Shown here piece after piece: positions 8,964 through 17,501 of a stretch of 64,000 nucleotides of DNA (positions are counted from its first letter, which is position 1; each line of letters starts with the position of its first letter). Below the pieces are notes generated by a model. The model was not told the DNA's origin. It saw only the letters and a program-made list of their open reading frames with translations, and searched no databases. The stretch covers positions 20,203 to 84,202 of the forward strand of contig JAJEEM010000039.1 in the NCBI GenBank assembly GCA_022820995.1, written 5' to 3'. Made by a program: the position numbers and the translations under genes. The stretch comes from Gemmatimonadota bacterium. Its GTDB lineage: Bacteria > Gemmatimonadota > Gemmatimonadetes > Palauibacterales > Palauibacteraceae.

Positions 8964-10274
8964 ATGATGACGAACAGAGAGGGAAGCGACGCGTCGATCC
9001 TGGAGAAGATCCGGAAGCGGCGCATGGTCCAGATCGCGCTCGTGTATGTGGGCGCGGCCTGGCTCGGCGTGGAGATCACCGACTTCATCGTCGGGACCTA
9101 CGCGTTTTCGAGAAAGGTCCTGGACACGGTCGTTTTCCTCGCCATCCTCGGCTTCCCCGCCTTTCTCATCATCGGCTGGTATCACGGCGAGCGCGGCCCC
9201 CAGCGCGTCCGCCGGGCGGAAGCCTGGCTCCTGGTCACGCTGGTCACGCTGGGCGCGATCGGCACTTACCGGATCGCGACCGCCGAACCGGAAGCCGGGG
9301 GAGGCGGGGAGATGGCGGCGCCCGCCGTGATCGCGGACGGTGTGGACCGCAGCGGAGACGCGGTGAGCTTCGCGGGTTCGGCGCCCGATCTGGGTCCGAA
9401 CTCGCTCGCGGTCCTGCCCTTCCGCAACAACGTGCCCGACCCGGAACTCGAGTGGCTCGGTTCGGGACTCGCGGACCTGCTCACGACGAACCTGGCGCAA
9501 CTCCCTGATCTGCTCGTCGTCGGTCGGCAGAGCCTTTACGACCTCATCACGGAGGGGGGACTCTCCGAGGAGGAGGAGATACCCGAGTCGCTGGCGCTGA
9601 CCGTCGCCCGCGGCGCCGGCGCCCGGCTGCTGCTATGGGGGAGCGTCACGGGGGCCGCCGGCGACATGCGCATCGACGCCCAACTGATCGAACTGGAGAA
9701 CGGGACGGTGGCCTCGGCCGACTTCGCGCGGGGCGGCGATGTGTTCGAACTCGTGGACACGCTCACGGCGCGTCTCGCTTCCCACCTGTCCGGCGCGCCG
9801 CCGCCGGCCGAGGTAGCTCGAATCAGCCACCTCGGCACGCGGGATCTGGAGGCGTGGGCCGCCTTCCATCACGGGAACGCCCGCGCCCGAGCCGGTGACC
9901 TCGAGGAGGCTGAGGCCTACTACGAGCGAGCGGCCGAGATCGACACGGCGTTCGCGCTCCCGTTCCTCACCGCCGTCGGCGAGTTCCGGGCGGGAGAGGC
10001 CGCATCGCCGGATGGCGAGCGAACCGAGGCCGGACGCCGACGCGCCGACTGGCGGGAACGGCGCACCGTCCAACTCCTCCACCGATTGCCGGAGGACCTG
10101 AGGCGGCAACTGGAAGGTCTGAGCGGGGACGAGTTGCGCGCCACCATCGACTCCCTGACGGGCCGCACGAGGTCCGCCGTCCGCCTCCTGTTCGGCGAAC
10201 CGCCGTCCGCCGCCACCCCGACCGACCGCCCCCCGAACCCGCCGCAGCGCCCCGAACCGGAGAATCGCCGATAG
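8964..10274 (+). CDS. Membrane protein with TolB-N/FlgO-like domain and a TPR-like repeat
   Basis: Three N-terminal TM segments; SLAVLPFRN, GLADLLTTNL, RIDAQLI motifs; TPR-like GDLEEAEAYYERAAEID. Confidence 0.75.
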   Translation: MMTNREGSDASILEKIRKRRMVQIALVYVGAAWLGVEITDFIVGTYAFSRKVLDTVVFLAILGFPAFLIIGWYHGERGPQRVRRAEAWLLVTLVTLGAIGTYRIATAEPEAGGGGEMAAPAVIADGVDRSGDAVSFAGSAPDLGPNSLAVLPFRNNVPDPELEWLGSGLADLLTTNLAQLPDLLVVGRQSLYDLITEGGLSEEEEIPESLALTVARGAGARLLLWGSVTGAAGDMRIDAQLIELENGTVASADFARGGDVFELVDTLTARLASHLSGAPPPAEVARISHLGTRDLEAWAAFHHGNARARAGDLEEAEAYYERAAEIDTAFALPFLTAVGEFRAGEAASPDGERTEAGRRRADWRERRTVQLLHRLPEDLRRQLEGLSGDELRATIDSLTGRTRSAVRLLFGEPPSAATPTDRPPNPPQRPEPENRR

Positions 10275-10285
10275 CGGCGATGATG

Positions 10286-10431
10286 ACGTCGAGCCGCGTC
10301 GCCGCTGGATCGAGACGTGGTTCGCTCGGCAAGAGTGAATTGCGGGGCAACGACGCGGAGGGCGACGCAGTCCCGAAGATCGGAGGGGAATTCCGCTGCG
10401 AACTTCGGCATCGCGACACGCGGCTCGACGT
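10286..10431. repeat. 146-bp element bounded by a perfect 14-bp inverted repeat, folds as a long imperfect hairpin
   Basis: ACGTCGAGCCGCGT (10286-10299) is the reverse complement of ACGCGGCTCGACGT (10418-10431); inner GTTCGC/GCGAAC and GAATT/AATTC pairs. Confidence 0.75.
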
Positions 10432-10433
10432 GA

Positions 10434-12185
10434 TTACGTGATGGCCGACCGTCGGTGCGCGGGCATCGAGGCGACGACGACCTCGCGGCGGGCGGCGTCC
10501 CAGAAATAGTAGATTCGCAGACAGCGGCGCGGATCCCGCGTGTTCCCGCCGTTCTTCAGGTGCCATTCGACGCGGTGTCTCTCGCCGCGCCAATCGAAGT
10601 CGAAGCTGTCACCGCCGCACCGTTGGTTGCGGATGCCGGCCGCGAGCCCCGGGATCATGCCATAAAGATGGCCGTCTCCACCTCCCAGGCGCGCCTCGCG
10701 ATATTCGTTGCCGAGCCAATGAAGACAGACCGACGCGAGCCCCACATCTTCGAACAGAGCCCCGTTCAGACTCCGCCGCACCGGATCCGCGAGCACGACG
10801 CGGCCCTCCAGCGTTGAGGTGCACCAGGACACGACGTCGTTCCAGTCGACCGGGAACGGTGCCTTCGGGTCTCCGCCCCGGAGCCGCACCAGTCCCTCCA
10901 GCCGTCGCGCCTCGCGCCGCGCTTCGTCGCGCTCGGTGCGCGCGGCCGCCTCCGCCTCCCGCGAGCGGTCGCGTTCTCCGGCGAGGGAGCGATTCCTCCT
11001 CCGCTCGGCCCGAAGGTCGCGCTTTGCCGCGGAGAGTTCGCGGCGGAGTGCCTCCGCATCCTGGTCCGCCGCCGTCTTTCCCGCCGCCTCCGCGGTCGTC
11101 CGTTCCGGGACCGTATCTCGGACGGTCGGTGCCGTGCCGCGGCGGCGGGGCACGACCCGCGCCAGCCGCCGCCACCCTCGCGCCGACAGGCTCGCCGGCC
11201 GCCTCGCAAGAGCCGGGAGGCGCGTCGCGATATCCGCCATCCGCCCCTTACCCGGATGGACGTCGTCGAACAGGATTTCGTCTGTCGGGGCGGTCCGCAG
11301 GTAGTGGTCGGCGACGATATGAAGGACCTCCTTCGTCGTTCGCTCCAGACCCTCGTCCGTTTCCGACCGTTCCCTCAGATACACCGGGTGGTCGGAGCGC
11401 TGGGCGTGCCGGCCGAACCCCGGCAGGTAGATTCGCCAGGCTCCGTCGTACACGGAGAACGCCTTGGTAACCGTATCGCTCAGTGTGTAGGTGAACTGCT
11501 TCGGGAGTACCGTGACGGTAGCCAGTCCGGTCAGGGCGGTGGCGACCCTTCGCGCGCGAACCAGGACGGCGTTGACGTCGTCTCCGACCGTCGGTTCGGT
11601 GATGGCGACGACCGGCAGGGGACGTCCCGGGTCCAGCAGGTCCTCGACGAATTCCTGCATGGCGGCGGGGGTCCAGACGGCGCCGGGCTCGCGGACCAGC
11701 GGTGCGCCACCCTGAAACAGGCGGACGCCCGCACCGATGTCGAACAGGACACCGGGAGGCAGGGTCTCGGCAGGCTGCAGGGACGATGCGGGCCAGGATG
11801 GGACCCGGACTCCGACCACGGGCGGTCGCTCGCCGCCGGGAGCGGCCACGACGATTTCGGTCACCGCCTCGTATTCGGCACGGGCGTCCAGCATGATGCG
11901 GGCGGCCCAGAAGTCGCCCCGTCGGCTCTTATCGCGCACCACGCGGCACTGCGACGCTCCATCGGACAATTCAAACGATCGGTGCCGGAGCGCCCGCAGG
12001 GGCAGATCTCGGCCCACGCGCCGCCCCACCCATTCCAGCGCCGCGTCCCGGCATTGGCGGAGGGCCGGGCGGCTGTCGATCCCGTTCCCGATCCGAGCCG
12101 TCACGTGCAGCCCGCGACCCCTCGCGGCGAGTTCCCGATTTCCCAGCTCCGCGAACGACCCGAAGCCGGACTTTCGAGTTCCCAT
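10434..12185 (-). CDS. Hypothetical 583-aa protein: globular middle domain, coiled coil, C-terminal possible RelE/YoeB-like domain
   Basis: Long ORF; start placed at ATG 12185 after a GGAGAAGAG RBS; C-terminal EWHLKNGGNTRDPRRCLRIYYFWD..VVVASMPAH. Confidence 0.75.
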   Translation of the reverse strand: MGTRKSGFGSFAELGNRELAARGRGLHVTARIGNGIDSRPALRQCRDAALEWVGRRVGRDLPLRALRHRSFELSDGASQCRVVRDKSRRGDFWAARIMLDARAEYEAVTEIVVAAPGGERPPVVGVRVPSWPASSLQPAETLPPGVLFDIGAGVRLFQGGAPLVREPGAVWTPAAMQEFVEDLLDPGRPLPVVAITEPTVGDDVNAVLVRARRVATALTGLATVTVLPKQFTYTLSDTVTKAFSVYDGAWRIYLPGFGRHAQRSDHPVYLRERSETDEGLERTTKEVLHIVADHYLRTAPTDEILFDDVHPGKGRMADIATRLPALARRPASLSARGWRRLARVVPRRRGTAPTVRDTVPERTTAEAAGKTAADQDAEALRRELSAAKRDLRAERRRNRSLAGERDRSREAEAAARTERDEARREARRLEGLVRLRGGDPKAPFPVDWNDVVSWCTSTLEGRVVLADPVRRSLNGALFEDVGLASVCLHWLGNEYREARLGGGDGHLYGMIPGLAAGIRNQRCGGDSFDFDWRGERHRVEWHLKNGGNTRDPRRCLRIYYFWDAARREVVVASMPAHRRSAIT

Positions 12186-12327
12186 CACTCTCTTCTCCGA
12201 AGCATCCCCGGAAGATCGGGTCGGGAGCCGTGCCGGGAAATGGCCCGATTCCGTTTCTCCAGCTTGATGCGTGCTCCCGATGACGGCACGTTGAGAAATG
12301 CCGGGAGGTTCGCGGTGGGTGTCGGCG

Positions 12328-12507
12328 ATGGCGTTTGAAATGGATACTCTGACAATTCTGATCGTCGTGCTGGCCATCTTCGTCGCGTACGCTGCGCTGG
12401 CTGCGTTGATCCTGCGTGCCATACGAAGGGTTGAGAAGAGGATCGACAGCTTCTTGGCGACGATCGATGGCATGAAGGCTGGCTGCCGTGCTGGACGAAC
12501 TCCGTGA
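12328..12507 (+). CDS. Small single-TM protein (59 aa, start uncertain)
   Basis: Hydrophobic LTILIVVLAIFVAYAALAALIL followed by basic amphipathic RAIRRVEKRIDSF; AT-richer codons. Confidence 0.5.
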   Translation: MAFEMDTLTILIVVLAIFVAYAALAALILRAIRRVEKRIDSFLATIDGMKAGCRAGRTP

Positions 12508-12620
12508 TGACGGCCATGTTTCGAGGGTCATTGTCGGAACATGTGCGTAGTCGCATCCGAAGCATGGGCGGGCGCCGCCTCCCCGCGGCGGTGGCGTCCT
12601 CGGAACCTCAGGGAGGCCAC

Positions 12621-13787
12621 ATGAAGCGAAGGGCGTTTCTCCGAACCGGACTCACGGGCGCCGGCGTTGCCGGCATCGCCGCCGCACCCCTTGCCGCACC
12701 CCTCGCGGGCGCGACGGCGGCGCGCGGCCTCGACACCATCTTCAACCCCCGCCGGCCGGGACGCGACTACAACGGCCCCGTCCGGCTGAGTTCGAACGAG
12801 AACCCGCTCGGCATCGCCCCGTCCGCCCGGCAGGCGATTGTCGATGGGCTCGACGAGGCGAACCGCTATCCCGGCGCGACCGGCGAACTCGTGCGCGAGG
12901 CGCTCGTCGCGCGGCTCGGCGTCAAGCCCGGCCAGCTCTTCTTCGGCTCCGGATCGACCGAGATCCTCCGCATCGCCTCGGCGGCCTGGGCGGCGCCCGG
13001 CGGCCGCCTCATCTACGCGGAGCCGACGTACGAGGACGTGCCCAGGTACTCGCAGCCGTTCGCCTACGACCACATCACGGTTCCGCTCACGAGCGACTAC
13101 GCGCATGACATCGATCGCATGCGCGAAGAGGCCTCGAAGTCGTCCGCGCCGAGCGTGATCTACTTCTGCAACCCGAACAACCCGACCGGCACGCTCACCG
13201 CGACCGGGCCGATCATGGACTGGATCCGGGACGAGGGCGAGCAGCACCTCTTCCTCGTCGACGAGGCGTACTTCGAACTCGCGGACGACCCCGGCTACGA
13301 GACCTTCGTCCCGCTCATCGAGCGTCATCCGAACCTGATCGTCGCCCGCACCTTCTCCAAGGTGTACGCGATGGCCGGGATTCGCCTGGGCTACGGGATC
13401 GCGCACGAGGCCACGGTCCAGCGCGTCCTCCCGTTCGCGACTCGGAACGCCCCCAACCACGTGGCGGGCGTGGCCGCCGTCGCCTCGCTCGCCGACGATG
13501 AGTTCTTCGAGAAGAGCGTGAAGACGAACGACGAGGCGAAGGCGATGATGTACGATGCCCTCGGCCAGCTCGACATCGAGGTCCTGCCGAGCCACACGAA
13601 CTTCATCATGCACCGGATCAAGGGCGAACTCGCGACCTACAACGAGCGGATGTTCGAGGCCGGGTTCAACGTGGGCCGCCCGTTCCCGCCGATGACGGAC
13701 TGGAGCCGGCTCTCGATGGGTCTCCCGTCGGACATGGAGAAGCTCGCCGAAGTCATGATGGACTTCCGCAGGAAGGACTGGATCTAG
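12621..13787 (+). CDS. HisC-like class I/II PLP aminotransferase with Tat signal
   Basis: GGGAGG RBS, MKRRAFLRT Tat motif; LSSNENP, CNPNNPTG, VDEAY, RTFSKVYAMAGIRLGY. Confidence 0.88.
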   Translation: MKRRAFLRTGLTGAGVAGIAAAPLAAPLAGATAARGLDTIFNPRRPGRDYNGPVRLSSNENPLGIAPSARQAIVDGLDEANRYPGATGELVREALVARLGVKPGQLFFGSGSTEILRIASAAWAAPGGRLIYAEPTYEDVPRYSQPFAYDHITVPLTSDYAHDIDRMREEASKSSAPSVIYFCNPNNPTGTLTATGPIMDWIRDEGEQHLFLVDEAYFELADDPGYETFVPLIERHPNLIVARTFSKVYAMAGIRLGYGIAHEATVQRVLPFATRNAPNHVAGVAAVASLADDEFFEKSVKTNDEAKAMMYDALGQLDIEVLPSHTNFIMHRIKGELATYNERMFEAGFNVGRPFPPMTDWSRLSMGLPSDMEKLAEVMMDFRRKDWI

Positions 13788-13802
13788 CAGCCCGAACCCG
13801 CG

Positions 13803-13838
13803 CCGCCGCCCGCCGACATTCGAGTCAGCGGGCGGCGG
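13803..13838. terminator. Hairpin between convergent aminotransferase and crotonase genes
   Basis: 11-bp IR CCGCCGCCCGC / GCGGGCGGCGG. Confidence 0.55.
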
Positions 13839-14580
13839 ACGAGCGGCCGAGCGTTCGCCGCAGGTAGCCTCGGATGTGTTCCAGCGTGTCGTCGGCGGTC
13901 CAGATGCGGTGGAGCTCCGGCTCCAGGTCGACGGCGCCGCCCGCGGCAGACGCGAACTGCCGCTTCGTCAGGCTGTAGGTCGCCGCCGGAATCGAGGCCA
14001 GGTCGAGCGCGATCTCCCGCGCTCGGCCGAGCAGATCGTCCGCGGGCACGATTTCGTCCACGAGGCCGCGCTCCGCTGCGCCTTCGGGGTCGTACAGGCG
14101 TCCGAGGAGCATGACCTCGCGCTGGTATCGCCGCGGGATGGCGCTCCGCACGATGTCCGAAGCGACCGCGGGGAAGGGGACCCCGACTTTCAGTTCGGGG
14201 AGCCCGATGCGTCCCTGGCCGGCGGCCATGACCCGATAGTCGCAGGCGCAGGCGATGACGCCGCCGCCAGCCACCGCGTGCCCGTTCACGGCGGCGACGA
14301 GCGGCTTCGGAAACGCGCGCAACATCGAGAACAGCTCCCCAAGGCTCTCCAGCAGCCTGTCGACGTACCGTCCACCCTCATCGACGACGCGAAAGAGTTC
14401 GACGCCTGCCGAGAAGGTGGACTCCGTGCCCGTCAGCACGACGGCCCGGACGGAGTCTTCTCCCCGGGCGCGGCTGATCTCGCCGGCCAGCGCGTCGGCG
14501 AACTCGACGGTGAGGACGTTTGCCGGTTCATGCGCCATGCGGATCTCCGCCGTGCCGCGCTCATCGCTCCTCTCGATCAT
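13825..14580 (-). CDS. Enoyl-CoA hydratase/isomerase (crotonase) family
   Basis: FSAGVEL, KPLVAAVNGHAVAGG, IGLPELKVG motifs; GAGGAGAGG RBS. Confidence 0.9.
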   Translation of the reverse strand: MIERSDERGTAEIRMAHEPANVLTVEFADALAGEISRARGEDSVRAVVLTGTESTFSAGVELFRVVDEGGRYVDRLLESLGELFSMLRAFPKPLVAAVNGHAVAGGGVIACACDYRVMAAGQGRIGLPELKVGVPFPAVASDIVRSAIPRRYQREVMLLGRLYDPEGAAERGLVDEIVPADDLLGRAREIALDLASIPAATYSLTKRQFASAAGGAVDLEPELHRIWTADDTLEHIRGYLRRTLGRSSAAR

Positions 14581-14612
14581 GTCCTCTCCTCGCCGCTCGG
14601 TATCCCGGCTCT

Positions 14613-14626
14613 ACTAGTAAATTAGT
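14613..14626. promoter_or_regulatory. AT-rich imperfect palindrome, candidate operator in the divergent crotonase/RND intergenic region
   Basis: ACTAGTAAATTAGT matches its reverse complement at 10 of 14 positions in a 70% GC background. Confidence 0.4.
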
Positions 14627-14843
14627 TGACCCGACGCCCTCCCCCGCCTACGCTCAGTCGCAGCGCAAAGGCGGCCGGTCCGCGGGGCCGTACAACGGTC
14701 GGCATACGTTACTGTGTCATAGCTTCGATTCCCGACGATCGATGGCCGTTTGATGGCCGGTTGACAGTCTTGCGATAGATTGAGCTCGCCGCGACCACTC
14801 CGGCTGGTCGACCACGCGAACCGAACACAGCGGTGCGAGGCTT

Positions 14844-16094
14844 ATGAAGGCACGTCATTGGGTCACGTTGATCGTCCTGCTCGTCGCGGGCGCGGCCGTC
14901 GTCGGCATCTTCATGCGGCTGAACGAGGACGGGGAGGAGGAGCCGCAGAGCTTCGGCGACGCCGCGGCCGACTCGGTGGCCGAGGCGGTTCGGGGGACGG
15001 CTTCTGCGGCCGCCTTCGCCACGGACATTTTCCTTCCCGTCGAAGGCGCCGTCATTCAGCGCGACACCTTCGTGCTCTGGGTCACGGCGAGCGGGCAGGC
15101 CGCATCTCTGCGGCAGGCCCCGGTCCATGCGGAGGTTGAGGGGCCCGTGACCGCGGTGCCGGTGCAGGAGGGGGGGCAGGTACGGGCGGGGCAACTCCTG
15201 GCGCGGATCGACCCGGCGCTCTACGAACTCCGCGCGCAGCGGGCGGAGGCCGGCGTGGCGCGCGCCCAGGCGGAGTACCTGGACCGGGTGCTCTTCGATG
15301 ACGAGTTGCCGGACTCGGTCCGGCTGGCCCGTGCCGAACAGGCCCGCATCCGGGTGAGCCTCCCGGACTACGAGGCGCAACTCGCAGAAGCGCGCTACGA
15401 ACTGGAGAAGACCCGGATCGTCGCCCCCTTCGCCGGCCTGGTGGCGAACCTCGGCGTCGCGCAGGGAAGCCGCGTCCGGGGGGGCGATTCGATCGCGACC
15501 GTCGTCGACCTTTCCGAGGTGGATATCGATGCCGAGGTCCTGCATTCCGAACTCCCGCTCGTGGCGGTGGGGCGACAGGCGACGGCGACCTTCCCGGCGC
15601 TGCGCGGAGAGGTCTTCGAGGGACGCGTTGTAAGCGTGAACCCGCTGATCGACCCCGAGACGCTGACGGCGCGCGTCACGGTGCGTCTGTCGAATCCCGA
15701 GGCTCGAATCGTGCCGGGCATGCCGGGGAACGTGCGGATCGCCGGTCGTCAGCTCGAAAACCGGACGTTCGTGCCCAAGGAAGCGGTCGTCGAGCGGAGC
15801 CGGCGGCAGGTGGTCTTCGTCTTCGAACCGGGGGAGCCGGGTTCGGAAACGGGGCGCGCCCAGTGGGAGTACGTGACGCTCGGGCTCGAGAACGACACGC
15901 AGGTCGAGATCATCCCCAATCCCGACGGGGACGACACGTTCGTGCCCGCGGGCGGCGAAGTCGTGCTCGTCGACGGTCACGCCACCCTCACGCACGATGC
16001 CCAGGTGCGGATCGACAACTACGGCGAACTCGAAGCTCCGGCGGAACCGCCCGCGGACGGCGCGACGAACAGCTCCACGGGCGACTCGCGATGA
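14844..16094 (+). CDS. RND efflux periplasmic adaptor (MFP) subunit
   Basis: N-terminal TM; lipoyl-like GGQVRAGQLLARID; IVAPFAGLV; PGMPGNVRI. Confidence 0.92.
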   Translation: MKARHWVTLIVLLVAGAAVVGIFMRLNEDGEEEPQSFGDAAADSVAEAVRGTASAAAFATDIFLPVEGAVIQRDTFVLWVTASGQAASLRQAPVHAEVEGPVTAVPVQEGGQVRAGQLLARIDPALYELRAQRAEAGVARAQAEYLDRVLFDDELPDSVRLARAEQARIRVSLPDYEAQLAEARYELEKTRIVAPFAGLVANLGVAQGSRVRGGDSIATVVDLSEVDIDAEVLHSELPLVAVGRQATATFPALRGEVFEGRVVSVNPLIDPETLTARVTVRLSNPEARIVPGMPGNVRIAGRQLENRTFVPKEAVVERSRRQVVFVFEPGEPGSETGRAQWEYVTLGLENDTQVEIIPNPDGDDTFVPAGGEVVLVDGHATLTHDAQVRIDNYGELEAPAEPPADGATNSSTGDSR

Positions 16095-17488
16095 GGCGCA
16101 GCGCCCGAGGGGGCCGACCGGGTTTCCGCGGTGTGATTGCCCTCGCCGCCGTGCTGGCGGCGGGCGGTCTCGCGGTCGCGTTACCGGCGGCCGCGCAGGG
16201 GCCGACGCTCCCGGACACGCTCGATATCGCAAGGGCCGTCCGAATCGCGATGAGTGAAAGCCCGGTCTTGCGGACGTCTCTCGCCGCGGCGGACAGGGCA
16301 AGCGCCGACCGGCTGGCCGCGTGGGGGACGTTTCTCCCGCAGGCAAGCGTGACGCTGGGTCTGGGACGCTCGAACTCGACGCGCTCCACGTACGAGGCCC
16401 AGGAAGGGCCGGCGGCACGGCTGCAGGAGCGTCTCACCTTTACGTCCCAATCCGCGGACCAGGGGCTGAATCTCAATCTGACGATCCTCGACGGAGGCCG
16501 ACGCTTCGCGGAACTCCGGAGGAGCGCGGCGAGCTTCCGTGGCGCGCAGCGACGTTACGATGATCAGCAACGTGCCGTCATCGCGGCGGTAAGACGTGAG
16601 TTCCTGGGGGCGCTGCGGCGTCAGGAGTTGCTGGAGTTGACCCGGTCCCAGATCGCGGACCGCGAAGCCGATCTCGAAATTGCCAGCCGACGGTATGAGA
16701 TCGCCGCGGTCGAACGAACCGACGTACTCGCCGCCGAGTTGAACCTTCTGGACGCCCGGATGCGGTTTCTCGCGGAACAGAATCAGTTGCGAGTCGGTCT
16801 CCGACAGCTGGTGGTCTCGATGGGGCTGCCGCCCGAGTCGGGCGAGACGCTTGTCCTGACCGGTGAGGAAGGCATGCCCGCCGGCATGCCGGACATCGAG
16901 TCGATCGTCCGCACGGCCGTGGCGGAGGATCCCGAACTTGCTGCGCTGGAGGCGGATCGGTCGGCGGCGTCTGCGTCGGTGTGGTCCGCCCGCACGAGAT
17001 ATCTGCCGCGGATCACCGCGTCTTTCGGTTGGGGACGCAGTGAGAACTTCGGTCCCGATGCGTCGTTCTGGCAGTTCAACCCCGGCGACACCGGCCGAAA
17101 CTTCAGAATCTCCGCGGGGTGGGATCTCTTTGACGGTTTCGCCCGTGAGGCGCAAAACGCCCAGGCATCGGCAGCCAGGCGGCAGGCCGAGGAGGATTAC
17201 CGCCGGGCGCGGCTGGAGATCGAACGCGATGTCCGGATCTTCGGCGCCCAGATCGAGGAGTTGGCACAGACGCTCGAACTGCTGAATCAGGCGTACGAGA
17301 TCTCGAGCGAACGGCTCGACATGGAGCAGCAGCGCTATCGACTCGGCACCGGGAGTTTCCTTGAGTTGCAGGGCGCGATCGACGCGGTGCAGCGCGCGGA
17401 GACCTCTCTGATCCAGCAGCAGTATGACTATCGGATCGCCTGGTCGAACCTGGCCGAGTACATGGAGGGCAGGCCGGACAGCCCATGA
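16091..17488 (+). CDS. TolC-family outer membrane efflux protein
   Basis: ATGA overlap with adaptor stop; signal peptide; FLPQ and YLPR repeat motifs; RYRLGTGSFLEL. Confidence 0.9.
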   Translation: MRRSARGGRPGFRGVIALAAVLAAGGLAVALPAAAQGPTLPDTLDIARAVRIAMSESPVLRTSLAAADRASADRLAAWGTFLPQASVTLGLGRSNSTRSTYEAQEGPAARLQERLTFTSQSADQGLNLNLTILDGGRRFAELRRSAASFRGAQRRYDDQQRAVIAAVRREFLGALRRQELLELTRSQIADREADLEIASRRYEIAAVERTDVLAAELNLLDARMRFLAEQNQLRVGLRQLVVSMGLPPESGETLVLTGEEGMPAGMPDIESIVRTAVAEDPELAALEADRSAASASVWSARTRYLPRITASFGWGRSENFGPDASFWQFNPGDTGRNFRISAGWDLFDGFAREAQNAQASAARRQAEEDYRRARLEIERDVRIFGAQIEELAQTLELLNQAYEISSERLDMEQQRYRLGTGSFLELQGAIDAVQRAETSLIQQQYDYRIAWSNLAEYMEGRPDSP

Positions 17489-17501
17489 CGGAACCCCGCT
17501 A

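Noticed and set aside
10286-10431. Integron attC interpretation of the long hairpin
   Set aside because: No RYYYAAC/GTTRRRY core sites at the ends on either strand, and no integron integrase in the window
8965-12512. TGATGACG at 8965, 10281 and 12505, bracketing the TolB-N gene and the lower-GC module like target-site duplications
   Set aside because: The 8-mer is common here (it also occurs inside coding (A/G)TG-ATG-ACG runs), so chance matches near boundaries are expected; needs an empty-site genome to test
4269-13830. tRNA-Leu as an integration site for an island
   Set aside because: No integrase, and no duplicated tRNA 3' end seen; the TTCGAGTC at about 13819-13826 is only 8 bp and part of a terminator hairpin
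14761-14783. Perfect TTGACA plus TAGATT upstream of the RND adaptor as a sigma70 promoter
   Set aside because: Spacing is 9 bp, not 16-18; I could not assemble a convincing promoter
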